From a virus (taxonomy: Duplodnaviria; Heunggongvirae; Uroviricota; Caudoviricetes): a DNA stretch of 16,495 nt. The position numbers and the translations under genes were made by a program. The DNA lies in IMG/VR virus record IMGVR_UViG_2703718827_000004, positions 1-16,495 of that record. One strand, written 5' to 3'. The notes under the pieces are model-generated. The model was not told where the DNA came from, made no database searches, and worked only from the letters and a program-made list of their open reading frames with translations. Shown here piece by piece: positions 6,892 through 15,514 of this stretch. Numbering within the stretch: position 1 is the stretch's first letter; every line of letters starts with the position of its first letter.

Positions 6892-7020
6892 ATGGATTTC
6901 GACACAATCATGGAAAAGGCTTACGAAGAATACTTCGAAGGCCTTGCCGAAGGCGAAGAAGCTCTCAGCTTCAGTGAGTTTAAACAGGCGCTTTCCAGTT
7001 CGGCAAAATCTAACGGCTGA
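6892..7020 (+). CDS. ydfB: Small prophage protein YdfB (42 aa)
   Basis: Not in the ORF track (under 60 aa). Manual translation from ATG at 6892 gives MDFDTIMEKAYEEYFEGLAEGEEALSFSEFKQALSSSAKSNG, stop TGA at 7018-7020. AGGTGAG RBS; starts 1 nt after the ydfA stop. Confidence 0.7.
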   Translation: MDFDTIMEKAYEEYFEGLAEGEEALSFSEFKQALSSSAKSNG

Positions 7021-7049
7021 TAAGCGAAACAGCACCGCGAGGAATCAGT

Positions 7050-7268
7050 ATGCAGAAACGAGAACCCGTCATCATCGCGCCAGACTATACCGATGATGAA
7101 CTTTATGAGTGGATGCGCCAGAAAATTAATGCAGCGCAGGATCTGAAATGGGCTAATGAAGCCAGGGCTAAGCAGGCTGAAAATCTGTCCGCTCTGGAGC
7201 AGGATATCACCAATCTGGAAAAAGCAGCGGCATTAAGCATTGCCAGAATGATTACATACCCGCGTTAG
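7050..7268 (+). CDS. ydfC: Small prophage protein YdfC (72 aa)
   Basis: MQKREPVIIAPDYTDDELYEWMRQKINAAQDLKWANEARAKQAENLSALEQDITNLEKAAALSIARMITYPR; AGGAA RBS. Confidence 0.8.
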   Translation: MQKREPVIIAPDYTDDELYEWMRQKINAAQDLKWANEARAKQAENLSALEQDITNLEKAAALSIARMITYPR

Positions 7269-7608
7269 TAGCTAATCAACAAAGCTAAGGTTAGTAATTA
7301 AGGAGTTCTCCACGGGTGAGGTGGAGTGCGTGCGCCGGACACGGGTGCGCATCCGGAACTGACAGTTTACTGAAAGGATATTTCCCTGAAAAGTCAGACC
7401 ATAACGCGAAAGCGCACGGCGAGGTAGCTGGTTCATAGATAGCCTGTCGTTAAATTTTCGTCGACCGTGCGCTTCCGGTTGTGGCAACCCGCGAAATGGC
7501 GCGGCGGTAAGTATGGCGGGGTTATTCCTTCCCCGTTGAGGACACCGGGTTGTCAGGTTGACCATACGCTTAAGTGACAACCCCGCTGCAACGCCCTCTG
7601 TTATCAAT

Positions 7609-7661
7609 TTTCTGGTGACGTTTGGCGGTATCAGTTTTACTCCGTGACTGCTCTGCCGCCC
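7609..7661 (+). ncRNA. dicF: DicF small regulatory RNA (antisense inhibitor of ftsZ translation), processed from the ydfABC-dicB operon transcript
   Basis: TTTCTGGTGACGTTTGGCGGTATCAGTTTTACTCCGTGACTGCTCTGCCGCCC followed by TTTTT matches my recollection of the 53-nt DicF RNA; ends in a GC stem plus U-run. Confidence 0.75.
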
Positions 7662-7666
7662 TTTTT
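7624..7666 (+). terminator. Rho-independent terminator-like hairpin forming the DicF 3' end (GGCGG...CCGCC followed by TTTTT)
   Basis: GGCGG (7624-7628) pairs with CCGCC (7656-7660), followed by T5 (7662-7666); an inner CAGT...ACTG stem is possible. Confidence 0.6.
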
Positions 7667-7835
7667 AAAGTGAATTTTGTGATGTGGTGAATGCGGCTGA
7701 GCGCACGCGGAACAGTTAAAACCCAAAACAGTGTTATGGGTGGATTCTCTGTATCCGGCGTTAATTGTTAACTGGTTAACGTCACCTGGAGGCACCAGGC
7801 ACTGCATCACAAAATTCATTGTTGAGGACGCGATA

Positions 7836-8024
7836 ATGAAAACGTTATTACCAAACGTTAATACGTCTGAAGGTTGTTTTGAAATTGGTGTCACTATCAG
7901 TAACCCAGTATTTACTGAAGATGCCATTAACAAGAGAAAACAAGAACGGGAGCTATTAAATAAAATATGCATTGTTTCAATGCTGGCTCGTTTACGTCTG
8001 ATGCCAAAAGGATGTGCACAATGA
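7836..8024 (+). CDS. dicB: Cell-division inhibitor DicB (62 aa)
   Basis: MKTLLPNVNTSEGCFEIGVTISNPVFTEDAINKRKQERELLNKICIVSMLARLRLMPKGCAQ; GAGGA RBS; internal start of six-frame ORF 7731-8024. Confidence 0.85.
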   Translation: MKTLLPNVNTSEGCFEIGVTISNPVFTEDAINKRKQERELLNKICIVSMLARLRLMPKGCAQ

Positions 8025-8212
8025 ATTCAGCATTTGTGCTTGTTCTGACAGTTTTTCTTGTTTCCGGAGAGCCAGTTGATATTGCAGTCAGTGTTCACAG
8101 GACAATGCAGGAGTGTATGACTGCAGCAACCGAACAGAAAATTCCCGGTAACTGTTACCCGGTCGATAAAGTTATTCACCAGGATAATATCGAAATCCCG
8201 GCAGGTCTTTAA
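8021..8212 (+). CDS. ydfD: Small prophage lysis-associated membrane protein YdfD (63 aa)
   Basis: MNSAFVLVLTVFLVSGEPVDIAVSVHRTMQ... with a hydrophobic N-terminus; start ATG overlaps the dicB stop (ATGA at 8021-8024). Confidence 0.8.
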   Translation: MNSAFVLVLTVFLVSGEPVDIAVSVHRTMQECMTAATEQKIPGNCYPVDKVIHQDNIEIPAGL

Positions 8213-8304
8213 AACAGTTCCGTAATAAATATCCGGTTTCATTCTTATATGCCAGCAATGGCAGGGATTTGTTCATCCTTAAATCTGTCATGAGGTTAAA
8301 ACAA

Positions 8305-10776
8305 ATGAGTAAAGTCTTTATTTGCGCCGCTATTCCTGACGAACTGGCAACAAGGGAAGAAGGCGCTGTGGCTGTAGCCACAGCCATTGAAGCTGGCGAC
8401 GAACGCCGTGCTCGAGCAAAATTTCACTGGCAATTCCTGGAACATTATCCGGCTGCTCAGGACTGCGCTTATAAATTTATTGTCTGCGAGGATAAACCTG
8501 GCATACCCCGCCCTGCCCTCGATTCATGGGATGCTGAATATATGCAGGAAAACCGCTGGGATGAGGAGTCTGCTTCTTTTGTCCCGGTTGAGACTGAATC
8601 CGATCCGATGAACGTCACTTTTGACAAGCTGGCCCCTGAAGTACAGAACGCTGTCATGGTTAAGTTCGACACATGTGAAAACATCACCGTTGATATGGTT
8701 ATTAGCGCACAGGAATTGTTGCAGGAAGACATGGCAACATTCGACGGACATATCGTTGAAGCGTTGATGAAAATGCCAGAAGTTAACGCCATGTATCCGG
8801 AGCTTAAGTTGCACGCCATTGGGTGGGTTAAGCATAAATGTATTCCTGGTGCTAAATGGCCCGAAATTCAGGCAGAGATGCGCATCTGGAAAAAACGTCG
8901 CGAAGGTGAACGCAAGGAAACCGGAAAATACACGTCTGTTGTTGATCTCGCCCGCGCCAGAGCCAATCAACAGTACACTGAAAATTCAACAGGAAAAATC
9001 AGCCCGGTCATTGCTGCCATTCATCGCGAATACAAGCAGACATGGAAAACACTGGATGACGAACTGGCCTACGCTCTCTGGCCTAGTGATGTGGATGCCG
9101 GAAACATTGACGGCAGCATCCATCGCTGGGCAAAAAAAGAAGTTATCGACAACGACCGCGAAGACTGGAAGCGTATCTCGGCATCAATGCGCAAACAGCC
9201 TGATGCCCTTCGCTACGACCGCCAAACTATTTTTGGCCTTGTCCGTGAGCGTCCGATCGACATTCACAAAGATCCCGTAGCACTGAACAAATATATCTGC
9301 GAATACCTGACGACAAAGGGCGTGTTTGAGAATGAAGAAACAGACCTGGGCACTGTTGATGTTCTCCAGTCATCAGAAACACAAACTGATGCAGTGGAAA
9401 CTGAGGTATCTGATATCCCAAAAAATGAAACCGCGCCGGAAGCTGAACCATCTGTAGAGCGTGAGGGGCCGTTCTATTTCCTCTTCGCAGATAAGGACGG
9501 AGAAAAATACGGTCGCGCAAACAAACTCTCTGGTCTGGATAAGGCACTGGCTGCTGGCGCCACTGAAATCACAAAAGAAGAATATTTTGCCCGAAAAAAT
9601 GGCACATACACGGGCTTACCGCAAAATGTAGATACCGCTGAAGATTCAGAACAACCAGAGCCGATAAAAGTTACCGCTGACGAAGTAAACAAAATTATGC
9701 AGGCAGCCAATATCAGCCAGCCTGACGCCGATAAGTTGCTTGCTGCATCACGTGGTGAATTTGTTGAAGGGATTAGTGACCCGAATGATCCGAAATGGGT
9801 TAAGGGGCTCCAGACCCGCGATTCTGTGAACCAGAACCAGCATGAATCGGAACGGAACTACCAAAAAGCGGAACAAAACAGTCCAAATGCGTTACAAAAC
9901 GAGCCAGAAACGAAACAGCCTGAACCAGTAGCGCAACAGGAAGTGGAAAAAGTCTGCACCGCCTGCGGTCAGACCGGCGGCGGCAACTGCCCTGATTGTG
10001 GCGCGGTGATGGGCGACGCAACATACCAAGAAACATTCGATGAAGAGTATCAGGTTGAAGTTCAGGAAGATGATCCGGAGGAAATGGAAGGCGCTGAACA
10101 TCCACACAAGGAGAACACTGGCGGCAATCAGCATCACAATAGCGATAATGAAACTGGCGAGACGGCAGATCACCCAATTAAGGTGAACGGTCATCACGAA
10201 ATCACATCCACCAGCAGGACGTGTGACCATCTAATGATCGACCTTGAAACCATGGGAAAAAATCCTGATGCCCCGATCATCTCAATAGGTGCAATATTTT
10301 TCGATCCGCAAACCGGAGATATGGGACCGGAATTTAGTAAGACTATCGATCTGGAAACTGCTGGCGGAGTCATTGATCGGGACACCATTAAATGGTGGCT
10401 TAAGCAATCACGCGAAGCGCAATCTGCCATTATGACCGATGAAATCCCGTTAGATGATGCACTGTTACAATTGCGAGAATTTATCGACGAAAACTCCGGT
10501 GAATTTTTTGTTCAGGTTTGGGGAAATGGAGCCAACTTCGACAACACGATTTTGCGCCGTTCATACGAACGGCAGGGGATCCCCTGCCCGTGGCGTTACT
10601 ACAACGATCGCGATGTACGCACAATCGTTGAGCTGGGGAAAGCCATAGACTTCGATGCCAGAACGGCTATTCCATTCGAAGGTGAGCGCCATAATGCACT
10701 TGATGACGCCCGTTACCAGGCAAAATACGTTTCAGTTATCTGGCAAAAACTGATCCCGAGTCAGGCTGATTCTTAA
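8305..10776 (+). CDS. ydfE: Prophage exonuclease, full-length YdfE-type: large N-terminal region of unknown function, RecE-like internal segment, CxxC...CxxC zinc ribbon, acidic linker, C-terminal DEDDh (DnaQ-like) 3'-5' exonuclease domain
   Basis: Start at MSKVFICAAIPDE (GAGG RBS 10 nt upstream) rather than the ORF-track start at 8269. The segment ADKLLAASRGEFVEGISDPNDPKWVKGLQTRD resembles a RecE (exonuclease VIII) internal segment from memory. Zinc ribbon CTACGQTGGGNCPDCG. DEDDh motifs: MIDLETMG (Exo I), VWGNGANFDNTIL (Exo II), HNALDDARYQAK (Exo III). Confidence 0.85.
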   Translation: MSKVFICAAIPDELATREEGAVAVATAIEAGDERRARAKFHWQFLEHYPAAQDCAYKFIVCEDKPGIPRPALDSWDAEYMQENRWDEESASFVPVETESDPMNVTFDKLAPEVQNAVMVKFDTCENITVDMVISAQELLQEDMATFDGHIVEALMKMPEVNAMYPELKLHAIGWVKHKCIPGAKWPEIQAEMRIWKKRREGERKETGKYTSVVDLARARANQQYTENSTGKISPVIAAIHREYKQTWKTLDDELAYALWPSDVDAGNIDGSIHRWAKKEVIDNDREDWKRISASMRKQPDALRYDRQTIFGLVRERPIDIHKDPVALNKYICEYLTTKGVFENEETDLGTVDVLQSSETQTDAVETEVSDIPKNETAPEAEPSVEREGPFYFLFADKDGEKYGRANKLSGLDKALAAGATEITKEEYFARKNGTYTGLPQNVDTAEDSEQPEPIKVTADEVNKIMQAANISQPDADKLLAASRGEFVEGISDPNDPKWVKGLQTRDSVNQNQHESERNYQKAEQNSPNALQNEPETKQPEPVAQQEVEKVCTACGQTGGGNCPDCGAVMGDATYQETFDEEYQVEVQEDDPEEMEGAEHPHKENTGGNQHHNSDNETGETADHPIKVNGHHEITSTSRTCDHLMIDLETMGKNPDAPIISIGAIFFDPQTGDMGPEFSKTIDLETAGGVIDRDTIKWWLKQSREAQSAIMTDEIPLDDALLQLREFIDENSGEFFVQVWGNGANFDNTILRRSYERQGIPCPWRYYNDRDVRTIVELGKAIDFDARTAIPFEGERHNALDDARYQAKYVSVIWQKLIPSQADS

Positions 10777-10787
10777 TGTTCAACTGT

Positions 10788-10819
10788 CGCCGGTTGTGAC
10801 TGGTATTCTGCAACCGGCG
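10788..10819 (+). other. GC-rich hairpin (CGCCGGTTG / CAACCGGCG, 14-nt loop) in the exonuclease-xis spacer; possible RNA processing or attenuation structure
   Basis: 9-bp perfect inverted repeat 12 nt after the exonuclease stop; not followed by a U-run, so not a canonical intrinsic terminator. Confidence 0.3.
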
Positions 10820-10848
10820 CTCGTCTGATGTAAGAGATAAAGAAATCG

Positions 10849-11100
10849 ATGAGCGAAGTAATCATGATTGTCTCTCCCGGCAAATGGGTATCCGAAGAGC
10901 AGTTAATTGCGCTGAAAGGAATAAAAAAAGGTACGTTAAAAAAGGCCCGGGAAAAATCGTTTATGGAAGGAAGGGAATATAAGCATGTCGCTCATGACGG
11001 TATGCCATGGGATAACAGTCCATGCTTTTACAACCTGGAAGAAATTGATCGCTGGATTGAGCGCCAGGCATCAGCGAGACCAAGACGTCATCTTACTTGA
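10849..11100 (+). CDS. Prophage excisionase-like protein (Xis)
   Basis: 83-aa ORF immediately upstream of and co-oriented with the integrase; the GKWVSEEQLIALKGIKKGTLKKAR segment is typical of lambdoid prophage excisionase-like proteins. Start codon uncertain (alternative ATG at 10864). Confidence 0.7.
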   Translation: MSEVIMIVSPGKWVSEEQLIALKGIKKGTLKKAREKSFMEGREYKHVAHDGMPWDNSPCFYNLEEIDRWIERQASARPRRHLT

Positions 11101-11134
11101 CTAAAAGCCACACTAACTAATGAGAGAAGTTGAA

Positions 11135-12415
11135 ATGAAATATCCGACAGGCGTGGAAAACCATGGAGGGAAATTACGTATCTGGTTTGTTTATAAAGAC
11201 GTAAGAGTCAGGGAAAATCTGGGGGTTCCTGACACAGCAAAAAACAGGCGCGTTGCAGGTGAACTACGCTCCTCTGTTTGTTACGCAATAAAAACTGGTG
11301 TTTTCGACTATGCAAAACAGTTTCCCTCCTCACGCAATCTGGAAAAATTTGGTGAGGCCCGACAAGATTTAACCATAAAAGAACTGGCTGAAAAATTTCT
11401 GGCACTGAAAGAAACTGAAGTCGCCAAAACATCACTCAACACATACCGTGCCGTCATCAAAAATATCCTGAGCATAATCGGTGAAAAAAATCTTGCCTCA
11501 TCGATTAATAAAGAAAAATTACTGGAGGTTCGTAAAGAGTTACTGACTGGATACCAGATCCCCAAAAGTAACTATATTGTTACACAACCAGGGAGATCGG
11601 CTGTAACTGTAAATAATTACATGACAAATCTTAACGCCGTGTTCCAGTTTGGTGTTGATAACGGTTACCTGGCAGATAATCCGTTTAAGGGGATCTCGCC
11701 ATTAAAGGAATCAAGAACCATTCCGGATCCTCTTTCGCGGGAAGAATTTATCCGTCTTATCGATGCGTGCAGAAATCAGCAAGCAAAAAATTTATGGTGT
11801 GTTTCTGTTTATACTGGAGTTCGCCCTGGTGAGCTGTGTGCACTTGGATGGGAGGACATAGATCTGAAAAATGGAACAATGATGATCAGGAGAAATTTAG
11901 CAAAAGACCGTTTCACGGTACCAAAAACACAGGCGGGAACCAATCGGGTCATTCATCTTATTAAGCCAGCAATCGACGCTCTCCGGAGTCAGATGACATT
12001 AACGAGACTGAGCAAAGAGCATATCATTGATGTTCACCTCAGAGAGTATGGCAGAACAGAAAAACAAAAATGCACCTTTGTTTTTCAACCTGAAGTGTCA
12101 GCGAGAGTAAAAAATTATGGTGACCATTTTACCGTTGACTCAATAAGGCAGATGTGGGACGCAGCGATAAAACGTGCCGGACTCCGCCATCGAAAATCAT
12201 ATCAGTCGAGACATACTTATGCCTGCTGGTCGCTGACAGCTGGTGCTAACCCGGCATTTATAGCAAACCAGATGGGCCATGCAGATGCGCAAATGGTATT
12301 TCAGGTATACGGAAAATGGATGTCTGAAAACAATAATGCACAGGTAGCTTTGTTAAATACACAGTTAAGCGAGTTTGCCCCAACCATGCCCCATAACGAA
12401 GCAATGAAAAATTAA
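11135..12415 (+). CDS. intQ: Tyrosine-type site-specific integrase, apparently intact
   Basis: 426 aa from MKYPTGVENHGGKLRIWF (purine-rich GAGAGAAG RBS). N-terminus resembles the Rac-type prophage integrase from memory; C-terminal catalytic region with RHTYACWSL...GHADAQMVFQVYGKW (R, HxxR and Y signature). Position next to rspB corresponds to intQ. Confidence 0.88.
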   Translation: MKYPTGVENHGGKLRIWFVYKDVRVRENLGVPDTAKNRRVAGELRSSVCYAIKTGVFDYAKQFPSSRNLEKFGEARQDLTIKELAEKFLALKETEVAKTSLNTYRAVIKNILSIIGEKNLASSINKEKLLEVRKELLTGYQIPKSNYIVTQPGRSAVTVNNYMTNLNAVFQFGVDNGYLADNPFKGISPLKESRTIPDPLSREEFIRLIDACRNQQAKNLWCVSVYTGVRPGELCALGWEDIDLKNGTMMIRRNLAKDRFTVPKTQAGTNRVIHLIKPAIDALRSQMTLTRLSKEHIIDVHLREYGRTEKQKCTFVFQPEVSARVKNYGDHFTVDSIRQMWDAAIKRAGLRHRKSYQSRHTYACWSLTAGANPAFIANQMGHADAQMVFQVYGKWMSENNNAQVALLNTQLSEFAPTMPHNEAMKN

Positions 12416-12602
12416 TTTAATATTTATCAAATAGTTAACACGCATGACTCTTGAAATCCATAAATTCAAGCGCAGTGCCCAGCCATCCCGATACTGCTGC
12501 TTTCACCAAATCCTTAGTGCTTCTTTCGTGTTTTTCTATTGTCATAATGGTTATCTCTAAAAAAGAGGTAAGATGCGTACTACTTACTCGCCGTTATTGG
12601 TA
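12416..12602. other. Prophage-chromosome junction interval (int-proximal attachment site expected here), convergent with the rspB 3' end
   Basis: Integrase stop at 12415 and rspB stop at 12603 delimit a 187-bp spacer. The att core cannot be located without the other junction or an empty-site sequence. Confidence 0.4.
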
Positions 12603-13622
12603 TTATTCAGAAAAAGTGAGTAAGACTTTGCAGCAATGTTTTTGATCCTGTTCAAATAAACTAATGGCATCAGCAACATGCTGGAAATCAAACGTATGGG
12701 TAATTAATTTTTCTGGTTTAATTAACCCTTTACTTAACCAGTCGATAACGATCGGGAATTTATTTGCATTTAAGCGTGAAGAGAAAATAGAGAGTTCTTT
12801 TCCGGTAATTCCTTGCTGAATCACTTCAGACGGTTCACTGGAGAACCCCATCAATACAATACGTGCCGCTGGAGAAGCCAGCGTTACGGCCTCTTTCAGG
12901 ATAGAAGGATGACAAGCCGCATCGATAATTAATGTCGGCTTGATGCCTTTTTCAGTGAAAATCTCGCCAAGCGGTGTCTGGCTGTTATTAATCGCCCAGT
13001 CAGCCCCGCTCTCTTTCGCTTTTTCCAGTCGTTCATCAATGCGATCGGCAACAATCACATTTTTAACGTTATAGACGCCTTTTAATACCTGAACGATCGT
13101 CAGGCCGATTGGACCGGCACCATAAACCAGAACGGTATCATTTTCAGTCGGTTGACCATGTCCGGTTACGTTAGCCGCAATGGTAAAAGGTTCGATCATT
13201 ACCGCATATTGATCGGCCACTGCTTCAGGAATTTTCCACGCATTTTTTGCCGGAACCACGGCATATTCACTGAAACCACCGTCAGCGTGCACACCTAATA
13301 CAGCCAGTGTCGTACAAACGTTCGGTTTACCTATAGAGCACGGATAGCAATGCCCACAGCTGACCACCGGATCGACAGCAACACGTTCACCGACTCTGGC
13401 GCTTTCCACGCCTTCACCCACTGCATCAATGACGCCAAAGAATTCATGACCAATGACGCGCGGATATTTCGCAAAAGGATTATGCCCACGATAAATATGG
13501 CTATCTGAACCACAAATTCCGGCAAGTTTCACTTTTACTCGTACTTCACCCGCTGACGGGGTGGGTATTTCACGTTCGACAATCGCCAGTTGATTCGGTT
13601 TTTCAATTAATATGCTTTTCAT
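12603..13622 (-). CDS. rspB: Zn-dependent alcohol dehydrogenase-family protein RspB (starvation-sensing operon)
   Basis: 339 aa from MKSILIEKPNQLAIVEREIP (AAGGAG RBS); GHEFxG and Cys-rich zinc-binding motifs; downstream of rspA in the same operon. Confidence 0.93.
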   Translation of the reverse strand: MKSILIEKPNQLAIVEREIPTPSAGEVRVKVKLAGICGSDSHIYRGHNPFAKYPRVIGHEFFGVIDAVGEGVESARVGERVAVDPVVSCGHCYPCSIGKPNVCTTLAVLGVHADGGFSEYAVVPAKNAWKIPEAVADQYAVMIEPFTIAANVTGHGQPTENDTVLVYGAGPIGLTIVQVLKGVYNVKNVIVADRIDERLEKAKESGADWAINNSQTPLGEIFTEKGIKPTLIIDAACHPSILKEAVTLASPAARIVLMGFSSEPSEVIQQGITGKELSIFSSRLNANKFPIVIDWLSKGLIKPEKLITHTFDFQHVADAISLFEQDQKHCCKVLLTFSE

Positions 13623-13633
13623 TATCTTACTCC

Positions 13634-14848
13634 TTACCAGTTCCACAGCGTGCCATCTTCCAGACGTGCGACTGGTAGATAAGCAGGTTCATAGGGATAT
13701 TTCGCCGCCAGCTTTTCATCGAATTCGATACCAAGACCCGGTTTGTCTCCCGGATGCATATAGCCGTTATCGAAAGTCCAGTTGTGCGGGAAGACTTCGA
13801 GCATTTGTTCGGAATAACCCATGTATTCCTGGACACCGAAATTGGGGACCCACAGATCAAAGTGCAGCGCCGCAGCCATGCAGACTGGTGACAAATCGGA
13901 AGGACCGTGTGAGCCAGTACGTACCTGATACAGCGAAGCAAAATCGGCAATCCGGCGCATACCGGTAATTCCGCCTGCATGGGTCAGCGTGGTGCGGATA
14001 TAATCGATGAGTTGCTCTTCAATCAGTTGTTTGCAGTCCCAGATGCTGTTGAAGACTTCACCCACTGCGATGGGTGTGACGGTATGTTGGCGAATGAGAC
14101 GGAAGCATTCCTGGTTTTCCGCAGGCGTCGGGTCTTCCATCCAGAACATGCGATAATCTTCAATGCTTTTACCAAAGCGCGCCGCTTCAATAGGCGTTAA
14201 GCGATGGTGCATGTCATGCAGCAAATGTTCATTAAAACCAAACTTGTTACGTACCGCGTCAAACAATTTCGGCATGAAATCGAGGTATTTCTCCGTCGAC
14301 CACAGCTGCTCTTCCGGCCACTGTCCTTTGGTTGCGGGTTCATAAGCCAGACCTTTACCTTTCGACATGCCGTAGGTGGTTTTCATACCAGGGATTCCGC
14401 ACTGCACGCGGATGGCTTTGAATCCAAGCTCTTGGTGACGGGCATAATCATCCAGAGCTTCATCAATACTGTGACCGGTGGTATGGCAATAAACCATCAC
14501 CCCTTCACGAGACGCGCCGCCGAGTAACTGGTAAAGCGGCATGTTGGCAGCTTTGGCTTTAATATCCCACAGCGCCATATCAACCGCTGAAATGGCCGAC
14601 ATCGTAACCGGACCGCGACGCCAGTAAGCACCTTTATAGAAAAACTGCCAGATATCTTCGATACGGTGCGCATCGCGACCAATAAGCTGCGGACAAAGGT
14701 GATCCTGCAAATAAGAGGCCACGGAAAGCTCACGTCCATTGAGGGTGGCATCCCCAAGGCCCGTAATACCGTCCTCAGTGGTGATTTTTAATGTGACGAA
14801 ATTACGCCCCGGACAGGTAACAAAAACTTCAGCCTTTACGATCTTCAT
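13634..14848 (-). CDS. rspA: Starvation-sensing protein RspA (enolase-superfamily mannonate dehydratase-like)
   Basis: 404 aa from [40 protein letters not shown] (AAGGAA RBS); the ORF-track start 11 codons upstream lacks an RBS. Confidence 0.93.
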
Positions 14849-15053
14849 GTTCGATTCCTTGCATCGCTTGTCGTGATGCATGAAATCTACGCAACTGAGC
14901 TACTACCATACAAGTATAAAGATCGAAAAAAGCCGGAGTGATCACAAAAAAAGGCGTATATTTGCGCTGTGAATGGTTGACAAAAGATGAAATAGAATAC
15001 CTTTTGTCAGCTGACACTTCCTCTTATCTTATTGATAAAATGGATTTATGTTC

Positions 15054-15380
15054 CTACGTGCGCCCCCAGCCCGCAACAATGATCAACATGCCGCAAAGCG
15101 CAATCAACGCACCCGTCCAGTCATAAAGAGTCAGTTTCACGCCATCCACAACGCGCAGCCACATCAACGCCGTGCAGACATAAACGCCACCATAAGCCGC
15201 GTAAACACGCCCACTCGCCGCTGGATGCAACGTTAACAACCAGACAAACAGCGCCAGTGAAATCCCCGCCGGAAGCAACAGCCAGATACTGGCGTTTCGT
15301 TTTAACCACAACCAGGGCAGAAAGCATCCAATAATTTCACACAGCGCAGTAGCAAAAAATAGTAACGTTGTTTTAATCAT
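15054..15380 (-). CDS. ynfA: UPF0060-family inner-membrane protein YnfA
   Basis: 108-aa hydrophobic protein [28 protein letters not shown]...; position between rspA and ynfB. Confidence 0.9.
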
Positions 15381-15514
15381 CTTTGTCTCTTATTGACATC
15401 ATGTATAGTTATAGGGCGACATAATATCATCAATATAAACACCCTCCTGGTACGTTTTGCGTCCGCAGTGGATGGTGTAGAATCACCTTTAATCATTCAT
15501 ACAGGGAATGAATT

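Larger units (their letters stand above)
257..12602. mobile_element. Qin-like defective lambdoid prophage segment: early/replication region, dicA/dicC immunity region, dicB operon, exonuclease, xis, int; interrupted by the IS66-family element and truncated on the left by IS elements
   Basis: Gene content and order dicC-dicA-ydfA-ydfB-ydfC-dicF-dicB-ydfD-exonuclease-(xis)-int next to rspB reproduces the layout I recall for the Qin prophage of E. coli K-12, with additional intact genes. The left boundary is not defined within the window; the int-proximal junction must lie in 12416-12602. Confidence 0.75.

Noticed and set aside
7272-7607. Minus-strand 111-aa ORF between ydfC and dicF
   Set aside because: Lies antisense within the DicF precursor leader of a plus-strand operon; Arg-rich low-complexity translation with no RBS. 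The region is better explained as structured RNA.
8269-8304. Upstream extension of the exonuclease ORF (MFILKSVMRLKQ...)
   Set aside because: The ATG at 8305 has a GAGG Shine-Dalgarno at the correct spacing and begins the MSKVFICAAIPDE N-terminus; the extension has no RBS.
8387-10430. Multiple 60-150 aa ORFs on both strands overlapping the exonuclease gene
   Set aside because: All are alternative-frame or antisense ORFs within a long, motif-supported coding sequence.
10788-10819. Hairpin after the exonuclease gene as a rho-independent terminator
   Set aside because: The GC-rich stem is not followed by a T-run, and xis-int downstream need read-through; kept only as a low-confidence structural feature.
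12416-12602. Possible tRNA or tmRNA gene as prophage integration target
   Set aside because: No cloverleaf-compatible sequence (acceptor stem, T-loop GTTC-R-A, CCA context) is discernible; integration appears to be intergenic next to rspB.
12451-12645. Plus-strand 64-aa ORF in the int-rspB spacer
   Set aside because: Overlaps the rspB 3' end on the opposite strand, has no RBS, and lies in the expected attachment-site or terminator region.
13612-14757. Plus-strand ORFs antisense to rspA/rspB (for example 13612-13968, 13979-14200, 14204-14527) and minus-strand alternative-frame ORFs (13627-13980, 14497-14757)
   Set aside because: They overlap the rspA/rspB frames, which are supported by enolase-superfamily and Zn-dehydrogenase motifs.
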